A DNA stretch of 64,000 bases, taken from contig NW_024704742.1 of NCBI RefSeq assembly GCF_018977255.1, positions 117,430,001-117,494,000 of the forward strand. The letters are read 5' to 3'. Position 1 is the first letter of the stretch. Each line of letters starts with the position of its first letter. This stretch comes from Callorhinchus milii (lineage: Eukaryota). Positions 1-12,654 of the stretch are shown here, piece after piece. The notes beneath the pieces are model-generated. The model ran no database searches. It saw only the letters and a program-made list of their open reading frames with translations, and was not told the origin of the DNA. The position numbers were made by a program, and so were the translations under genes.

Positions 1-449
1 TTTAGGAATATAAATATAAAGCACAAAATGCAGTTTGAGAAGAGGAAAGAATCTAAGGCATGAAATAAAACTAATAAAAATACCAATTGCATTTGATATT
101 ACTCCTTATCATACTGTCGAACCATCTCAACAACAAATTACATTTTGTATAGCGCCTCAAAAGAATTGTTGCAAAGTGTAATGATTGTGAATTTGTTAGC
201 CAGACTGGAATTTCCATAAGAATGAACATTTCAGCAAAATAAAAAACACACACACAAAATAGAAAAGGTTTCTTGAGCTTTTATATAAGAGTAAAGATAT
301 CACTTAAAATGATAGTTGTTTGATATAGAACTTTATCTTGTCATCGAAATGTTCAAAACACTTCACACAATTTGTGCTGTAGATTTGCTGTATGTTTTGT
401 TGCTGAACTTATTTTTTAATACTGCACATTATAACCTTATAGGTATTAG

Positions 450-860
450 CCTGGCTCGGTTGGTAGCACTTTCATCTCTGGATTCAAGCTCCACGTGGGG
501 ACTTTGAATTCAGTCTAGCCTAATACTTCAGCACAGTACAAGGGAGAGGTCAACAATATCAGAGGTGCCATCCATCAGATGAGACGTTTATTTCTTCTGT
601 TGTGCGTGGCAAAAAAATCTCCCAGGAAAAAAAAACATTCACTTCATGTCAGTTTCATAGCCTTGGGACGTCCTCCTGACGTGAAAGGCACTAAATAAAT
701 GCAATTTGTTGTTGTTTATGTGACATCGCTGCACAAATTGGCTGCTGCATTTGCCTACAAAATACAGTCACTACATTTTACAGTGAATTCTGGAAAGACT
801 CAGAGACATCTCCCCAATGTAAAAGATTCTAGTATCAAATGCAACAATTATGATTATTAT
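450..860 (+). mobile_element. Old DeuSINE/SacSINE1-like relic
   Basis: Degenerate tRNA head, gaggtgcc..cagatgagacgtt core, aaattggctgctgcatttgcctac tail; family name from recalled similarity. Confidence 0.5.
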
Positions 861-1077
861 TAGCTTGCCAGAAAGTTTCAGTGAGTCCACTGAATCTTGA
901 CTCTGATATATTGTTTATAAAGCTCCATGAATGGAAGAAAAATTCAGAAAAATAATAGTTACAGAAAGACATTCCCAAAGATAAGTTTGTATAGAGTGAG
1001 TATATCGTGCTAATGCTTTTTCTCGTACTTTTATAACTTGAGTTGTATGTTCATTTCAGATTTGATTCATTTTTCAG

Positions 1078-2258
1078 ATGACAACTCGATCTTTAATGGT
1101 ACAATCAGGAGTTTTGCTGGAACCAAATGTGGATCTTCTGCTTGTAACAATTCTCAGCACAGAAGGCAAAATTCCGGCTCAGAATACAGACTTAACGAAA
1201 GTCTGTATATAAAGTCTGTAAAGTTTGAAGATGCCGAGAAGGCAATTCATGTGAACATTTCGAAGATAGCAGGACAATACCTAACCGGACCGTGGATGAC
1301 CATATTTATTCCTTCTGTTTATACAGCTGTTATTGCAATGAGTTTGCCTCTCAACTGCTTAGCAATCTTACTGTTCCTGTTTAAACTGAAATTGAAAACG
1401 CCGTCCATAATCTTCATGGTGAATTTGGCTATTGCAGATTTACTATTTGTGCTGTTGCTTCCCCTAAAAATCTCCTACCATTTCTCTGGCAATGACTGGG
1501 GATTTGGTTCTTTCACGTGCCGAATGGTTACTGGTGGATTTTATGCTTACATGTACTGCTCTGTGCTGCTGATGATGTGCATAAGTGTTGATCGATTTTT
1601 TGCTGTGGTTTATCCAATACGCTCAGTCTCATGGCGTAGCCCTAAACGTGCTAGTGTACTTTGCATTGTCATGTGGGTTCTGGCTATCACTGGTGCGTTA
1701 CCCCTTTTCCTTTCTGAACAAATGGTGTATATCAGCAAACTGAACATTACAACCTGCCATGATGTGCTACCTCTCTCTACGCTACAAAACCACTCACTGT
1801 ACTACTTTCCCATCTTGTGTACGCTGTTCTTTGTACTTCCCCTCATTGTGACCTCAATCTGCTACATATCCATTATCCTTACTCTTTCCTCTTCAAGTCT
1901 GTCGACCAAATGCAAAAAAACTCGTGCCATCAGTTTGGCTGTGCTTGTGCTTTTTGTGTTTATTGTCTGTTTTGCACCAACTAATATTCTTCTACTTATA
2001 CACTACTTGCATTTTTATCACAGTGCAAGTGACTCGATCTATTTTGCTTATCTCCTGTGCCTGTGCATCGGGAGTGTGAGCTCTTGCATTGACCCTCTGA
2101 TTTATTATTACGCCTCATCTTTGTGCCAAAAGCATTTGCAGAATCTGCAGTGCTGTGGGCAAGCAACTGAATCTGGGAGTAGTCGGATGGAATGTTTGAA
2201 TGATAAATTGGGAACCACATCTCCCATTGGTGACATCCACAAACAATTATTAACGTGA
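1078..2258 (+). CDS. F2R: Proteinase-activated receptor 1-like paralogue A, coding exon 2 (exon 1/signal peptide lies upstream of the window)
   Basis: 7TM class A GPCR with PAR1-type motifs: ISVDRFFAVVYP, NITTCHDVL (ECL2), CIDPLIYYYASS, C-terminal ..KQLLT. Acceptor ttcatttttcag| at 1077/1078, phase 1 as in other PAR genes. Candidate cleavage site NGTIR/SFAGTK. Confidence 0.85.
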
Positions 2259-3068
2259 ACCCCTCACATGGTGTTACACATATAGTATTTATTAGTTAAA
2301 GTTACTTTACATAGCAATTTTGCTTTATTCTATATTGCAATCCTTGCTCCTTGAGTAGGTATGTGTATGAATCCAGTGTAGATGTTGTCAGAGACTGAAA
2401 CTTGGTCAAAATGATGTTGTTCTTGTGGGGGCACTTCTCAGGCTTTCACCCATTTCAGTTTGGTTCTGGATAAAGCACATTCCGGATCATTGTTCAGCGT
2501 TAATGCTTTCATAAGCACTTGAACATTTCGATCCCATGCATGGCATAACAACTAGCTTCTTGCAGACATAACATGATGGCATATTTGTCAAGTCATAGAA
2601 GAAACTGCTCCTCAGGCTCTTAGTTTTTGTTTAGATTAAATTATGTAGAACATTAAGCCACAGAAACAGGACACTGCCCCAACTAGTTTGGGTTATTGTG
2701 TAATCGACTTGAGTCTCCTTTACCATTCCTAATCCTGTCTCCCACACCTCTTTATTCTATTAAATATCAAAATTCAACTTAGTACATATACGAATTAAGT
2801 CAGCAATAATGCATTCACTGAAAATGCAGAACTTTTCTGCCTTTATTTGCCAGAAGGATTGCAAATGATCGAACAAATTTATATATTGTACTTTTATAAT
2901 CAACAAAAATTCCATGGGGAAGGAATCTCCTCACTGTGATTTGGAATGGATTTCATTAGTGAATGCACTTACCTATTGGAAAGTTTTGTATAAGACAACC
3001 TTTTGAGCACCTCATTCAAAGAAACATGGAAAACCAGAATGGACAAACATTTCAGATGGGCAGTATTT

Positions 3069-3391
3069 GGAGTCTTGTAGCTCATTGGTTAGAGCACTCG
3101 CTTTGCAAGTGAGAGACTTGGGTTCAATCCCAGCCAGAGGGCGAAACCTTGGGCAAGTTTCCTTACTCCACACAGAGCCTAGTAATAATCCCTCCAAAAC
3201 CCAAAACAATAATAAATTGGTCATCTTCAATCTACGACTGTTTGTGGGACATTTCTGTGCGCAATTGGCTGCCGCGTTCACCCACAAATATACAGTCAAT
3301 TCACTTTACAGTATATTCTGTGAAGCGCTTTGGGACCTCCTCCCGACGTGAAAAGCGCTATATCAAATGCAAGGATTATTATTATTATTAT
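3069..3391 (+). mobile_element. Young tRNA-derived SINE (short form), (TTA)n tail
   Basis: A/B-box head (tagctcattgg...ggttcaatcc); near-identical to many other copies in the window. Confidence 0.9.
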
Positions 3392-3832
3392 TGTGTTACA
3401 ACAACAAAATTACATTTGTAAAGCGCTTTTCACGTCAGGAGAACATCCCGAGGCTCTGAAATAATATATTATATTATTGTCCACAGTACTTTGAGTCAAC
3501 ACACAACCAAGAAGCATAGAAGCATAACTGTAAGAGGAGTGCAAACCAAAATGCCACATTACAGGAACCAGAAAACCTGAAGACTTTCAAATTATATTTA
3601 CTGTTGCACCAAACTGTTGAGTGGTTTAAAAAAGGAAAATGATGTTGAAATCTTTCAAATGAATGAAATGTACTATTTCAGGTTTGCAATGAAGAAAGAT
3701 TTACTTGTTGAGTTCTATTACAAGTTTTCAGAACAAGAATGAAACTGGATATCATGATGATGATGCTTGTTGTTCACATTCTTTATCGCTATTTTTACCA
3801 TTTTGTATCTAATATTTAAATATATTTTTTCA

Positions 3833-3838
3833 AATAAA
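3833..3838 (+). terminator. Candidate polyadenylation signal of PAR1-A
   Basis: AATAAA at the end of an AT-rich 3'UTR-like stretch; use not demonstrable from sequence. Confidence 0.35.
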
Positions 3839-3954
3839 TTGAACGAAATGAAAAAGTAAAAACTTTGCAAATGTTTACTGCTACTTCAGCAATCTTATCA
3901 TGTAAATATGTATCACAAACCTATTCATAGATTGAGCATATGACTTTCTGTGTA

Positions 3955-4350
3955 GAGGATGGCTCAGTTGATAGCAATCTCATCTCAGAGACAGAAGATT
4001 GTAAATTTTAAGACTCACCGCAGGACTTTGAGCTTATTGTCTGGAAGGTGCTGCCTTATGCTAATAAGATGTTAAAAATTGAGCTGCCCATCTGCCAGTT
4101 CAGTTGAATGTTAAATATCCCATGGTACTGTTCAGAAATAAAGAGGGGTCTCTCTTGGTATTCTGGCCAACGACCTCAGATAGAATTTTTCATTTATTTC
4201 ATGGCTGTTTATGGGATATTTTTGTCTGCAAATTGTTTGGCATGTTCGCCTATAAAATATAGTCCCTACACTTTATAGGCGATGGTGTGAACCTCTTTGA
4301 CACATCCTCCCAGTGTGAAAGGCACCATATTAAATGCAAGGATTATTATT
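3955..4350 (+). mobile_element. Old DeuSINE/SacSINE1-like relic
   Basis: ggctcagttgatagc head, atcccatggtactgttc core, L2-type tail. Confidence 0.55.
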
Positions 4351-5034
4351 TTTTATTTTATTTATCTCCAGAGACCCATTCTCAGCACATTGATGATTCC
4401 AATCAGATATTAAATGCACTCTGTTTGGCAGCGGCTAACCTATCTCCTGTTGAAATTTCCCTGTCTTAAAAAGGTTATTTAAGAATGTACAATATGCAAG
4501 TTTGCTTCCAGTTGAAGTATGTGCGTCAGGCAGATAAAATATTTAATAAGTGGCCTGAAAGTCTCAAATGGGAGAAGTACTGTATTAATATTGTGTAAGC
4601 CTATCCACTCTAACAATAATAATGCAAATCTTTACAGCACAAACTAGTTTTATTTGAATTCTATCTCGGCAAGACAAAGTGTTGACTTCTAGTTCAGAAC
4701 AAAAGAGCTACTGATTCATTTCCACAAGTCCAGTGTCATTTGTTGAAGTAAAGTTAGATTATATTGTTGTTTTGTTTTATGTGCAGTCCACTGGGTCCCA
4801 TCTCCTGACAGATCCATTGATCCATTACCTCCATTGCCAAGCCCCACCATACCACTCCCACCTTCTGTGACTGTACAGGCCCAGATCCTCCCTCTGCACA
4901 GCTATCACTAACCACTTTCATCTCCCTTCCTGTATGCCTCGCCACTGATGGGCAAGTTTTCTGCTATGCTGCCCCCTTGCTGTGGAACTCAATCCCTGTG
5001 TCCCTCCTTCTTGCCCCTCCCTCTCCACCTTCAA

Positions 5035-6500
5035 AACAACAACAAAAGCAACAAACAACAAAATTACATTTGTACAGCACCTTTCACATCAGGAGGACGT
5101 CCCAAGTCGTTGGACAGACAAAGTTATGGACCCGAGCTGGGGTCGGTGTGGGTGAGGGTGGAGGGCAGGGGGGGAAACAGGGAGCTCGAAAGCACGGTCG
5201 AAGAGGAGGGTCTTGAGATGGGTCTTGAAGGTGGCAAGGGAGGGGATGAGGTTGAGGGACTGCGAGATGGAGTTCCAGAGGGTGAGGGCAGAGTGGCAGA
5301 AGGTCCGCTCACCAACAGTGGGGCGAGCGAGGCAGGGGACGTGAAGCAGGCCGGAACCCGCTGAGTGGAGGGAGCGAGCAGGATGGGGTAGGGGGTTAGG
5401 AGGTCCCGGAGGTAGGGGGGAGCAAGACCATGGAGGGCTTTGAAGGTGAGGACCAGGATTTTGAACTGTATCCTCTGTGTGATGGGAAGTCAGAGGAGTT
5501 GGGTAAGGATGGGGGTGATAGAGTCACGGAGCCTGGTGCGGGAGAGGACACAGGCTGCAGAGTTCTGGATGATCTCCAGTCTATGGAGGGAGGAGTTGTA
5601 GATACCGAAAAGCAATGAGTTTGCATAGTCGAGCCTCGATGTAATGAAAGCATATATAAGGGTTTCGGTGGCCTGCGGTGTGAGACAGTGGCGGAGGTGG
5701 GCGATGTTGCGGAGGTGGATAAAGGTAGAGTGGGTCATGGTGGAGATGTGGGGTAGAAAGGATAGTTGAGGGTCAAACAAGACCCCAAGGTTCCGGACTG
5801 GTTTAGCAAGGTACAGTGTGCAACCGTGGATGGTGATGCTGTCAGTGCCTGAGGTGAGGAGGCGCTGAGGGGAGCCAATCAAGAGGGCCTCGGTCTTGTT
5901 GACGTCCAACTGAAGAAAGTTAGCTCTCATCCAGGACTTGATGTTTGACAGACATTCTGTCACGACAGCAGTAGTCCTGAAATCAAGGGTGGAGGCAGAG
6001 AGGTGGAGTTGGGTGTCATCCACATATATGTGGAAGTTGACCCCATATCTGCGGATGATGTCACCAAGAGGGAGCATATAGATATTGAAGAGGAGGGGAC
6101 CAAGGACAGAGCCCTGAGGAACACCACACAAGACGATGTGGGGGCTAGAGGAGAAACCATTTGTGGAGATGAAGTGGAAGCGTTGTGAGAGATACAATCT
6201 GAAACAGTGAAGGACAGAGCTGTGAAGGTTGAAGTGAGAGGAGAGTCAGTGGAATGAGGATAGAGTGGTCGACGGTGTCGAAAGCAGCAGAGAGGTCAAG
6301 GAGGACGAGGAGGCAGAGGGAGCCCTGGTCGCAGATGGACAGAATGTCATTTGTCACTTTGACCAAAGCTGTTTCTGTGCTGTGGGCGACACGGAAACCC
6401 AATTGGAGGGGTTCGAGAAGGGAATGGCGGGACAGGAAGGAACGAAGCTGAGAAGCAACAACTCATTCTAGGACCTTGGAGAGGAAAGGGAGGTTGGACA
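5035..6500 (-). mobile_element. L2-clade LINE, 5'-truncated and decayed
   Basis: RT motifs ([33 protein letters not shown]); (TTG)n tail at 5035. Confidence 0.9.
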
Positions 6501-9230
6501 CCTGCCTTAAGATCTATTTATTCTATGTACTATTGGCCTGCTTCCCCCACCCCCTCCCACAAGCTTCTCCTCCCTCAGCTCCATCTTCACTCAGCCGGGG
6601 GTGTGGGGGTGGGGGATCTTTTAAGCCATGACTGAAGACCTTCCTCTTCGACTGTCACCTCTACGGTCACCTCCTTCATCCCCCTGGCTCGGTGTCAGAC
6701 TCTGCCATTGTTAAGTGCGCCGAGATGCTGTCCCATGTGCAGAGCGCTATATAAATGCAAGTTGTTGTTGTGTCAGACTCCCTGACAGCTGTGTGAATTG
6801 CTTTGACACATCCTACAATAACTGTGCTATGTGAAGGTAAATTGCTGTTTTGACTATCTTCAAAATAAAGATTTGCTATAAAGCCACATTTAGGGTGCAT
6901 TGATGAACAGTGATGCTATCAATGCCTGAGGTGCGGAGGTACTGACGGGAGCCAAACCAGAGGGCCTCTGTTTTGTCAACTTGGTTCACACAAACCGAAA
7001 AATTTCCTTTGCCACAATAAATAAGTAAAGTGAAGTATGAGTTTTTACTCAGAATAAGCAAAATATTGTTGTTTTCTACAGTTCCACATGGAAAAGCTGA
7101 CATCATTTACTTTTCTTCTCACATATCATTCTCTGGTGGAACTAACCTAGCCGGTTTCCTGAAATAACTGAAAACAATTGTACACTACCCGAACACAATT
7201 TACATGTATATAGCGCCTATTTTATCAGGAAGCCACCTGAAAGTGCTTCACAGTTGTGGTGGCAGGAGTGGGGGTGGGTTGATAAGCAAATCTTCTTAGA
7301 GCTGAACTAGTAACCAGGTGAGGTGCTTACTACTGGAATATCGGAATTGAGGCAATCCTCTGCAGTGGCCTCAGATAGACCAGTTCCTCAGCCAGGGCAG
7401 ATCCATAGTACGCCTAGACACGACTGATGTCAAACAAGCAACCTGATTCATCAGCAGGACTTGGGAAATCCAGACTGGCACTGGGGGCAAGGAACCTTGC
7501 ACGTCACTCAGTTGGGGGTGTGGGAGGTTGGGGGGGCTGGGTCTTTTAAGCCATGACTGAAGACCTTCCTCTTCGACCGTCACCTCTACGGTCACCTCCT
7601 CCCTCCTCCCTCCTATACAAATGTAATTTTGTTGTTGTTGTTATGGGTATGGTAGTTCTCGCTGGATAAGAAGCGGGTGCTTGCCAGCCAGTGCTCTCAA
7701 TGGCAAATTATATGGTTTTAGTTGATAGAAACTCTTGGTTCTTACTAAGCTGGGCCCAATAATTTGTGGAATTAGGCCACTCCCTGCAACTCTCAGGGAG
7801 TGGCCATTCCATTTCAGATATGTGTACATGGTATGCATTTGTGAAACTTCTTATGTTTGGTCTCAATACCAAGATTTTATCTGAATATACAATAACAAGA
7901 ACTGCGATTGCTTCACGTCAGTCTGTGAAGAGATTGGAATCTTTTTATTCCTGGGGAAGGGGGAAGGGGGAAACATCCTAGATTTCTCTTTGATTGACTT
8001 TTGTTTTTGGTCAGCCGGGCGTCTGACGCAGGCGGAAACCCATCACCATGCTTAAGAGGAATTGATTGATTCAAAGCAGAGTATTACTGATTGACTCGCT
8101 GTGCATTCCCAGCATTTTCTGTTTCAATTTCCAATTCAGGCTGCAAGAAAAGGATTGGGAATGCGGATAAACGGTAGCCTGTTTTTTTTAAATTACAGCC
8201 TCCGATGGGACATTAAAGCTCTGCCTTTCGTTTTATAAAAAAAAAGGCAGAATTTTTTGCCCGTTTGCCTATGCTATGCTGCATTCTTTTTAATAAAACA
8301 ACGTGAGTAAAATTGCTGAAGACCGATCCGAACAAATCAACTTTCAAACTTGGTGGAGAGCAAAACACAAAAGTCATACTATCAGCAAACAGTTGAGGTT
8401 TGTTAAGCTGCGAGGAGGTGATATTTTGGAAATGGCCATATAAAGACCGGGATCGGTGGGGTTAACTATAGATTAGCAAATTAATGCATTCGGGGGTCTT
8501 TTAAATGGCAATGCAATACTGCAACGCTAAGGAGAGGGCAGCAAAAGGGTGGGCAGCGAGTGACTCAGTTCCCTGTGAGTGTATTCTCTACACGTTCCAC
8601 ATGTTCTGTGAGAAGAGGGAGGATCTTGAATGTAATTCTTATCGCATCAGATTAGACCTTTCCCCCCCATCCCTCCTGCAAAGTTCCTGGCAGTCAATCC
8701 CAATAACGCACTCGTGATAATCATAATTACTATTATTATTATTATTATTATTATCATCATCATCGTTGCAACACACTGGAAAATGCGCCCTTGAAAGTTG
8801 CCACATTGCACCGAACTCCGCGCAACGGCTTTGCTGCGAGTTGTTACCCCCGAAGCGACGAAGATTTCTTTCCCGTTTCTCGCCGCTGCGCCACTCCCAA
8901 AAGGGAAATAGGTTTGGAATCGTTTCACGGGGATCGCATCTTTTACACCTTTGGTACCGGCGATCTCACCCCCAAAAAATATCGCCTCCGCTCTGCAGTC
9001 TATGCTCGTGTTTGCAAAGGCGGTTGTGGCACAGCAGTGGTCTCCGGAGGGGGACGACGAGGGCACTTGGGGAGTAATTGCACGAACTTGGGATCCGGTT
9101 TGTGCACAAGTGTCTCTCTTTGCTTCAAACGCTTCCCGGAATCGATGGGTTCGTTATCTGATCACCGGAGCTGAGAGTCGCCACGTTTGGATCGGATCAG
9201 AAGAACGTCACTCAGGAATGCGGAGCCGAG

Positions 9231-9272
9231 AGTGAGAGAGTGAGACAGACAGAGAGAGAGAGAGAGAGAGAG
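9231..9272. repeat. (GA)n microsatellite
   Basis: Seen directly. Confidence 0.9.
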
Positions 9273-9340
9273 TGAAGTCCGGACTGATCTGCTCCGAGGG
9301 CAGAGCGTGTGAGCATCGCCACAAACTGAGCCCCAGCATC

Positions 9341-9393
9341 GCAGCAGCAGCAGCAGCAGCAGTAGCAGTAGCAGCAGCAGCAGTAGCAGTAGC
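9341..9393. repeat. Compound (GCA)/(GTA) trinucleotide repeat in PAR1-B 5' region
   Basis: Seen directly. Confidence 0.9.
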
Positions 9394-9514
9394 CATCGTC
9401 TGCGCGGCCACTTGGCGTCGATTGCCCCGGAGTTCGCCGGTGGAAGAGACTGATTCGGGATCGCAGTTCGGAGCAGCACAAAGCCCTGTGGCTTTCTCAT
9501 TCCCCCCCGACAGT

Positions 9515-9581
9515 ATGGGTGGGGGAGTGGGGCTTGTGCTCTGCATCGCGCTGCTCCGCGCTGTGTCGGCTCGAAATCCTG
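9515..9581 (+). CDS. F2R: PAR1-like paralogue B, coding exon 1 (signal peptide MGGGVGLVLCIALLRAVSARNP-G)
   Basis: ATG at 9515 in the CpG island, hydrophobic signal peptide, donor CTG|gtaaga, phase 1 matching the exon 2 acceptor. Confidence 0.8.
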
Positions 9582-9691
9582 GTAAGAGCACTGCTGCCTT
9601 TACACAAGGATTACACCCCAATCACTTGCCAACAATTATTTGCTGTGCGGGGGGGGGGGGGGGACACACAATGTTTTGCCCCCCAAAAAGG

Positions 9692-9935
9692 ATAATAATA
9701 ATAATAATAATCCTTGCATTTGATATAGCGCTTTTCACGGGAACACACTGTAAAGTGAATTGACTGTATATTTGTGGGCGAACGCGGCAGCCAATTGCGC
9801 ACAGCAATGTCCCACAAACAGTCGTAGATTGAAAATGACCAATTTATTATTGTTTTCGTTTTTTGGAGGGATTATTATTAGGTGTGTGGAGTAAGGAAAC
9901 TTGCCCAAGGTTTCACACTGCCTGGAATTGAACTC
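9692..9935 (-). mobile_element. Young SINE, 5'-truncated, PAR1-B intron
   Basis: Reverse complement of the SINE consensus. Confidence 0.85.
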
Positions 9936-12654
9936 GATTTTAACGGCGTAGTCCCGAAATAAACAGGGAATACGAACAGTGGAATAAGGTTGGGAGTCCG
10001 GAGAGTGGAGGCATTGGGCAGACTTTGGTTTTCTGATTTGATTCAACACATTTATTTATCTGTTCCATGAATGGATCATTTTTTTTNGGTGGGGGAGATC
10101 ATTTGTTGGGCTAAGTGAGTGTGTGCGTGAAACTTTCGCCATGAATGGTTTCCATGGTTTGTTTAACTGTTGGATCCTCAATTGTCCCTAAACAAAAGTA
10201 CAGGGTTTAAGAGCAGAGTTTGAGGAGGGATCTGCAGCGTTGCTTCTTTCAAACAGAGATTTGATAGTTTTCTTTCAGGAAATAACATTATGGGATGTAG
10301 TTTGGGAGATATGTGAAAGGCAAACTAGATGGATCTTGGTGACTTTTCGTCTAGCATTTCTCATGTTGTTATGTTCTCTCACAGACAAGTGCTGGCAATC
10401 TGGTCCATTTCTCATGATTGTTATTTATGCACGGATCAGGATTAACCACTGATTTATAATAATATAATAATCTTTGCATTTTTATATAGCCCCTTATCAC
10501 ATCGTTGAGACATCAAAATATAAAGTCAATTCACTTTACAGTACATTCTGTGAAGCGCTTTGAGATGTCTCGACGACGTGATAAGTGCTATATCAAATAC
10601 AAGGATTATTATTATTCAGTTTTGATCCAAGGTTGGAAGGTAAAAACAAATCTAAACCTTTGAAACAAAACCAAAATTACTAGAAATTTGTACCAAGACA
10701 ATCAGGATATGATAGAGAAACACAGATTAACGTTTCTTCAATCTATATTGGAACATTTAAATGATACAGGGGTTTTCTCTTACTTTTAAAATCCTATCTC
10801 CTTTCTGACCAAGTGCTCTGCCCCTTTCACTTGTTTTCAGAGTTTGAATGCTGAATGCGTCACTGAGCCCATGGAATTCACAAAGAAAATATAAACAGTT
10901 GCCTGTTTCTGCAAAGAATCAGTAATTCACTACTGACAGCAAGTTTAAAAAAACATTGGACTGTCAAGTTTTTGGGGAAACTACAAGAGGCTGTTTAGTG
11001 TTTCCTCTGAAAAACTCATGGCTTTGGTGATAACTCTTCATTTTTGACACTAGGATAGAAGAAATAAGCATTGCATCTGATAATGTGTTTTATCAGGTGG
11101 TTGTGACATTTGAAAGTGGTTCGCAAGATTTTACTGTAAAGTGATTAACTGTGCATTTGTAGGCAAACACACCAGTCAATTTGTGCACAGCAGTGTCCTA
11201 CAAACAGCCACAAAGTAAATGACCAATTTTATTTGGGGGGATTATTTGGCCATGGTACCTCATTTAAGGCAGCAAACAATCTGACAGTATATAAGAAGTT
11301 ATAAATATTTTACATAACTTGTACAACAATCTAGAACAACATTATTGAGGTTTAACTCTTTCTGTACTTTATCTTGATGGATTTATACTCAGAGGAAAGC
11401 AAGAAAATGCACAGAATGGTTTGAAATGTGAAAAATCTTAAGGATGATTTCCAGGAGGAAACATATTAGGCTGCTGAAGCACAGCTTCTCCTAAAATACA
11501 ACAGCTAACCCCTGTAAATTAGTAGTGTTTACTACTCTCCTGCCTGTGTTTACGTCATTGGAGCCTTAAATGAGGAAGGCAATGAAGTGGATTAATCAAC
11601 GAGTAAACAATCTGACTCACTCTAGTAATTACAGGATTGCGCTCAAGGGTGAAAACGTGGATGTCTGCAGTGCAAACTCTGTGCCTTGAGGCATCCACCT
11701 GACTTGAAAGGTGCTACACAAATATAACTCGTTGTTGTTGCTGTTGCTGCATAATCTCAGAGCAAAATAAGTTGAACAATCAAATAATGTTTTATTTCTT
11801 TATTATTATCATTGACTGGTATTGCCTTAATAAGTCTTGCCTAAAAGTAATTTGTTATGTGTATATAAAATATATTTTTTAAAAATTAAAATGCATTTAA
11901 AATTACGTTTAGAATATATGATTTGGAAAAGTGATATTTTCTCCTCAATAATCACATAGAGAAATAGGAACTACTTTTGCAATTAGTTGTATTCAGTCAT
12001 AAATAGTGATTTAAAACAGATCTTTATTTTCCAGTCACAGACTTATCATCTTATTGTGTATGATGAAAAAATAATAAAATCAATATTTGTATATTCTGAC
12101 TTTACTTCGTACAGAGTAATCCTGACCTCTAGTCACCTTGTTGATATATAAACAGCCCCGGAACACTGGGGCTGCAGCATAAGGCTTTTCCTTCTCAGGA
12201 CAATTCAGCTGCAATTCAGCTACAAATATATATTGATGCAAGAGATTTAACTCCAAATTTACCTCAAGCAATCCTGTGGATAAAATCATTCACTTCATAG
12301 CTGTTTGTGGGACAAAGCTGTGAGCAAGTTGGCTGATACGTTTACTTGTAAAATACACAGTCACTACACTTCACAAAGCAGTGAAGCACTTTGACAGGTT
12401 TCAATGATGTTACAAAGTGGTATAACAAATGGTAGGTAACAGAAGCATCTGGGCAAATCCTGTGGGTAAAAATTCCATTTAGTATTACGTACCATGCAAC
12501 AGATTGGAACCATTATTTACAGCAGTTTCATTAACCCAAGAAAGTGTATAAACATCCTATGTGTAACATTGTCATTTATCATTGTCTCCCCAAACTGGAA
12601 AACTGTACAATATTTTTATTATTGAATCATCAGATGAGGATTTTTGTTTCTCAG

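Larger units (their letters stand above)
8760..9600 (+). promoter_or_regulatory. CpG island / promoter and 5'UTR of PAR1-B
   Basis: Sharp rise in GC and CpG content against AT-rich flanks, ending at the signal-peptide exon. Confidence 0.7.

Noticed and set aside
1038..1077. ORF-track N-terminal extension of PAR1-A (likewise 12582-12654 for PAR1-B and the TTG start at 26901 for PAR2)
   Set aside because: Non-ATG starts reading through intron sequence or starting inside the exon; real starts lie in separate signal-peptide exons
3069..3145. tRNA-like sequence (and equivalents in other SINE copies)
   Set aside because: SINE head that continues into the SINE body and tail; not a tRNA gene
3012..3421. 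Recurrent small ORFs (MGKFPYST.., [15 protein letters not shown]..) found many times in the window
   Set aside because: Translations of the SINE consensus, not a gene family
8647..9763. Overlapping long ORFs with poly-Ala/Leu/Cys tracts
   Set aside because: By-products of the CpG island and trinucleotide repeat; only 9515-9581 fits the gene model
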